Shown here piece after piece: positions 58,470 to 60,000 of a stretch of 60,000 nt of DNA (positions are counted from its first letter, which is position 1; each line of letters opens with the position of its first letter). Made by a program: the position numbers and the translations under genes. The notes beneath the pieces were generated by a model, which was not told the origin of the DNA, searched no databases, and was given only the letters and a program-made list of their open reading frames with translations. This DNA comes from Amphiscolops sp. MND2022 (Eukaryota), in NCBI GenBank assembly GCA_964187785.1, contig OZ076409.1, positions 41,232,001 to 41,292,000 on the forward strand, written 5' to 3'.

Positions 58470-60000
58470 CAATCAAACTGCAAGTCAGTAGGCAGTAGAA
58501 ACTTCCGACATTTTTGAACGGCTCGGTTGTATTCTCCGCTCCCTGACTTTATTTTGACAACTTTCACAATCGAATCTCGCCCTATGTAAACATGTTCGAC
58601 GCGTCTAAGTGACGATAGCACAGGTGGTACATTATCATCATTTTGTACACTGCATCGCCATGTATTGGCTTGAGGACTTCATTCCTAGTTTTAGTTCCTG
58701 GTCACCAGCGACATACTTTTTGATCCATCGCTTCCAGGAATGTGTCATTTTTGCTTGGATACAAGCACATTTTTTCTTCGAGTTGCAGTGCGAAGTAGAT
58801 ATTGAATTTTGACTAATTTTTGTTGTTAATGAAAAAGCTTCAAACTTTGCACCGTTACAAAAGTCTGAAGGAGTCAGTGGAAAACTGATGGAGTGAAAAT
58901 TCAAGAGAAGTTCAATTTGACTGAAAGTTATCTGCAATTCGTCGTAGCTAAGGGCACAATTGCCCTTGACACGTCGCAGTTCCTTTCTAGCGCTTTTCGG
59001 CCGCTTCCCGCAAACCAACAAAAAGAGGAGCCCTGAAAAAACTAAAAGAACAGTCCTGCTAAAAAGACTGCTAAAATTTGCTCCGACTGGCTACTAGTAG
59101 CGTTAGTGGATCTTTCAGATTTGCTTGCGCTCTAGTGAAATTCTTTCCGTTGTCACTATATATCCTCTCAGGACAGCTTCGGCGCGAAACAAATCTTCGT
59201 AGTACAGCAATTAGGGCTTACGAACTCAAGTCGGACATTAACTCCAAGTGCACAGCACGTCTGGCAAAACAGACAAAAAGTGACATTCAACATTAGCCTC
59301 TTTCATGAGAACTACTTCACACAAAAAACGGTCCTCTGATGTCAATGCCAACATCTTGGAAGGCTCTATTTCATTCCTTAGGCAAGTCAAATCAGAAGAT
59401 TACTGGCTTTGGTGTAAAAGCGACAACAAGACACACAGTTTCTGACTTTTTTGGTGTCAAGTTTCTACACTTGAAAGTCGAATATTTAGTTCTAACAAGA
59501 GCCAAAATTTGATCGAGCACAGCATTCAATGTAGCGTGGCGAGATTCCAAAAAAAGGCAGTAGACAAAAACTTAGGCAATAGTCTTTCGCTTAATAGTTG
59601 ACTTTACGCTTAGCTAAGCGTCCTCCAACACATAGAACTTCATAATTCAAGAAGGCACACATTTTTTCGAACTTTGCTCAATATTTTCACTTGTGGAATA
59701 GTTTGAATCGTATTTATTTCATCAGAGAAGAATATTTCTGCTTCTGTACCATCAGAAGTTTATTGGCTTCAGTTGGCTCGCTGGTTGTGATGAACTTAGT
59801 ATATCATGGTTTTGATTTGCACATAGTTGTAAAACATAGACATAAGCAAAAATTCTGAGAGATTTTTTTAGTGAACGTTGCGTTGATAAATCAATATTAC
59901 GTTCAGCTTTGGAACTTGAGAAAACCTAATCATTTTTGGTTTCGTTTCAGGTTTTCTTCTGTGCTAGGTAAAACTTAAGGGTTAACTTAGGTGTTGTAAA
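58470..60000 (-). pseudogene. BEL/Pao LTR retrotransposon pol (integrase end), decayed, runs off the window
   Basis: - strand RAVHLELMSDLSS..LRRFVSRRSCPERIYSDNGKNF, LSYDELQITFSQIELLLN, WKRWIKKY, VKVVKIKSGSGEYNR. Confidence 0.85.

Overview
AT-rich, TE-saturated metazoan DNA (spliceosomal introns; no prokaryotic features). The window opens with 3' exons of a + strand TRPC-family channel gene, and the rest is mostly nested mobile DNA. (1) A decayed short-LTR Ty3/Gypsy (A, 2678-8363, TSD GTGGC) sits inside an old Helentron-like element. (2) A second decayed Gypsy (B, 9654-39396, TSD AACCC) is split by two insertions. The first is a 7.7-kb TIR element of CACTA/CMC type (10512-18238) with no visible transposase but a spliced, now pseudogenised C2H2-zinc-finger + JmjC (KDM2/KDM7-like) gene and arrays of a palindromic motif. 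The second is a young 16.3-kb Gypsy (C, 22810-39079; 2494-bp near-identical LTRs, 6-bp TSD, -1 frameshift gag-pol) that also carries an antisense 6-exon gene of about 1100 aa resembling a decayed hAT transposase, a divergent SIM-rich ORF and clustered palindromic motifs. (3) A tandem Helentron/HINE-like array follows at 40-43 kb. (4) A complete-ended but decaying 14.4-kb Polinton/Maverick (43870-58309, TSD AAAGTG) has protease, penton, two ATPases, integrase, major capsid and pPolB. (5) A BEL/Pao pol remnant closes the window. The best candidates for novel biology are the two TE-borne modules pairing a DNA-binding/chromatin factor with a motif array, which may be anti-silencing systems. All protein-family calls are by-eye motif recognition; no database searches were run.
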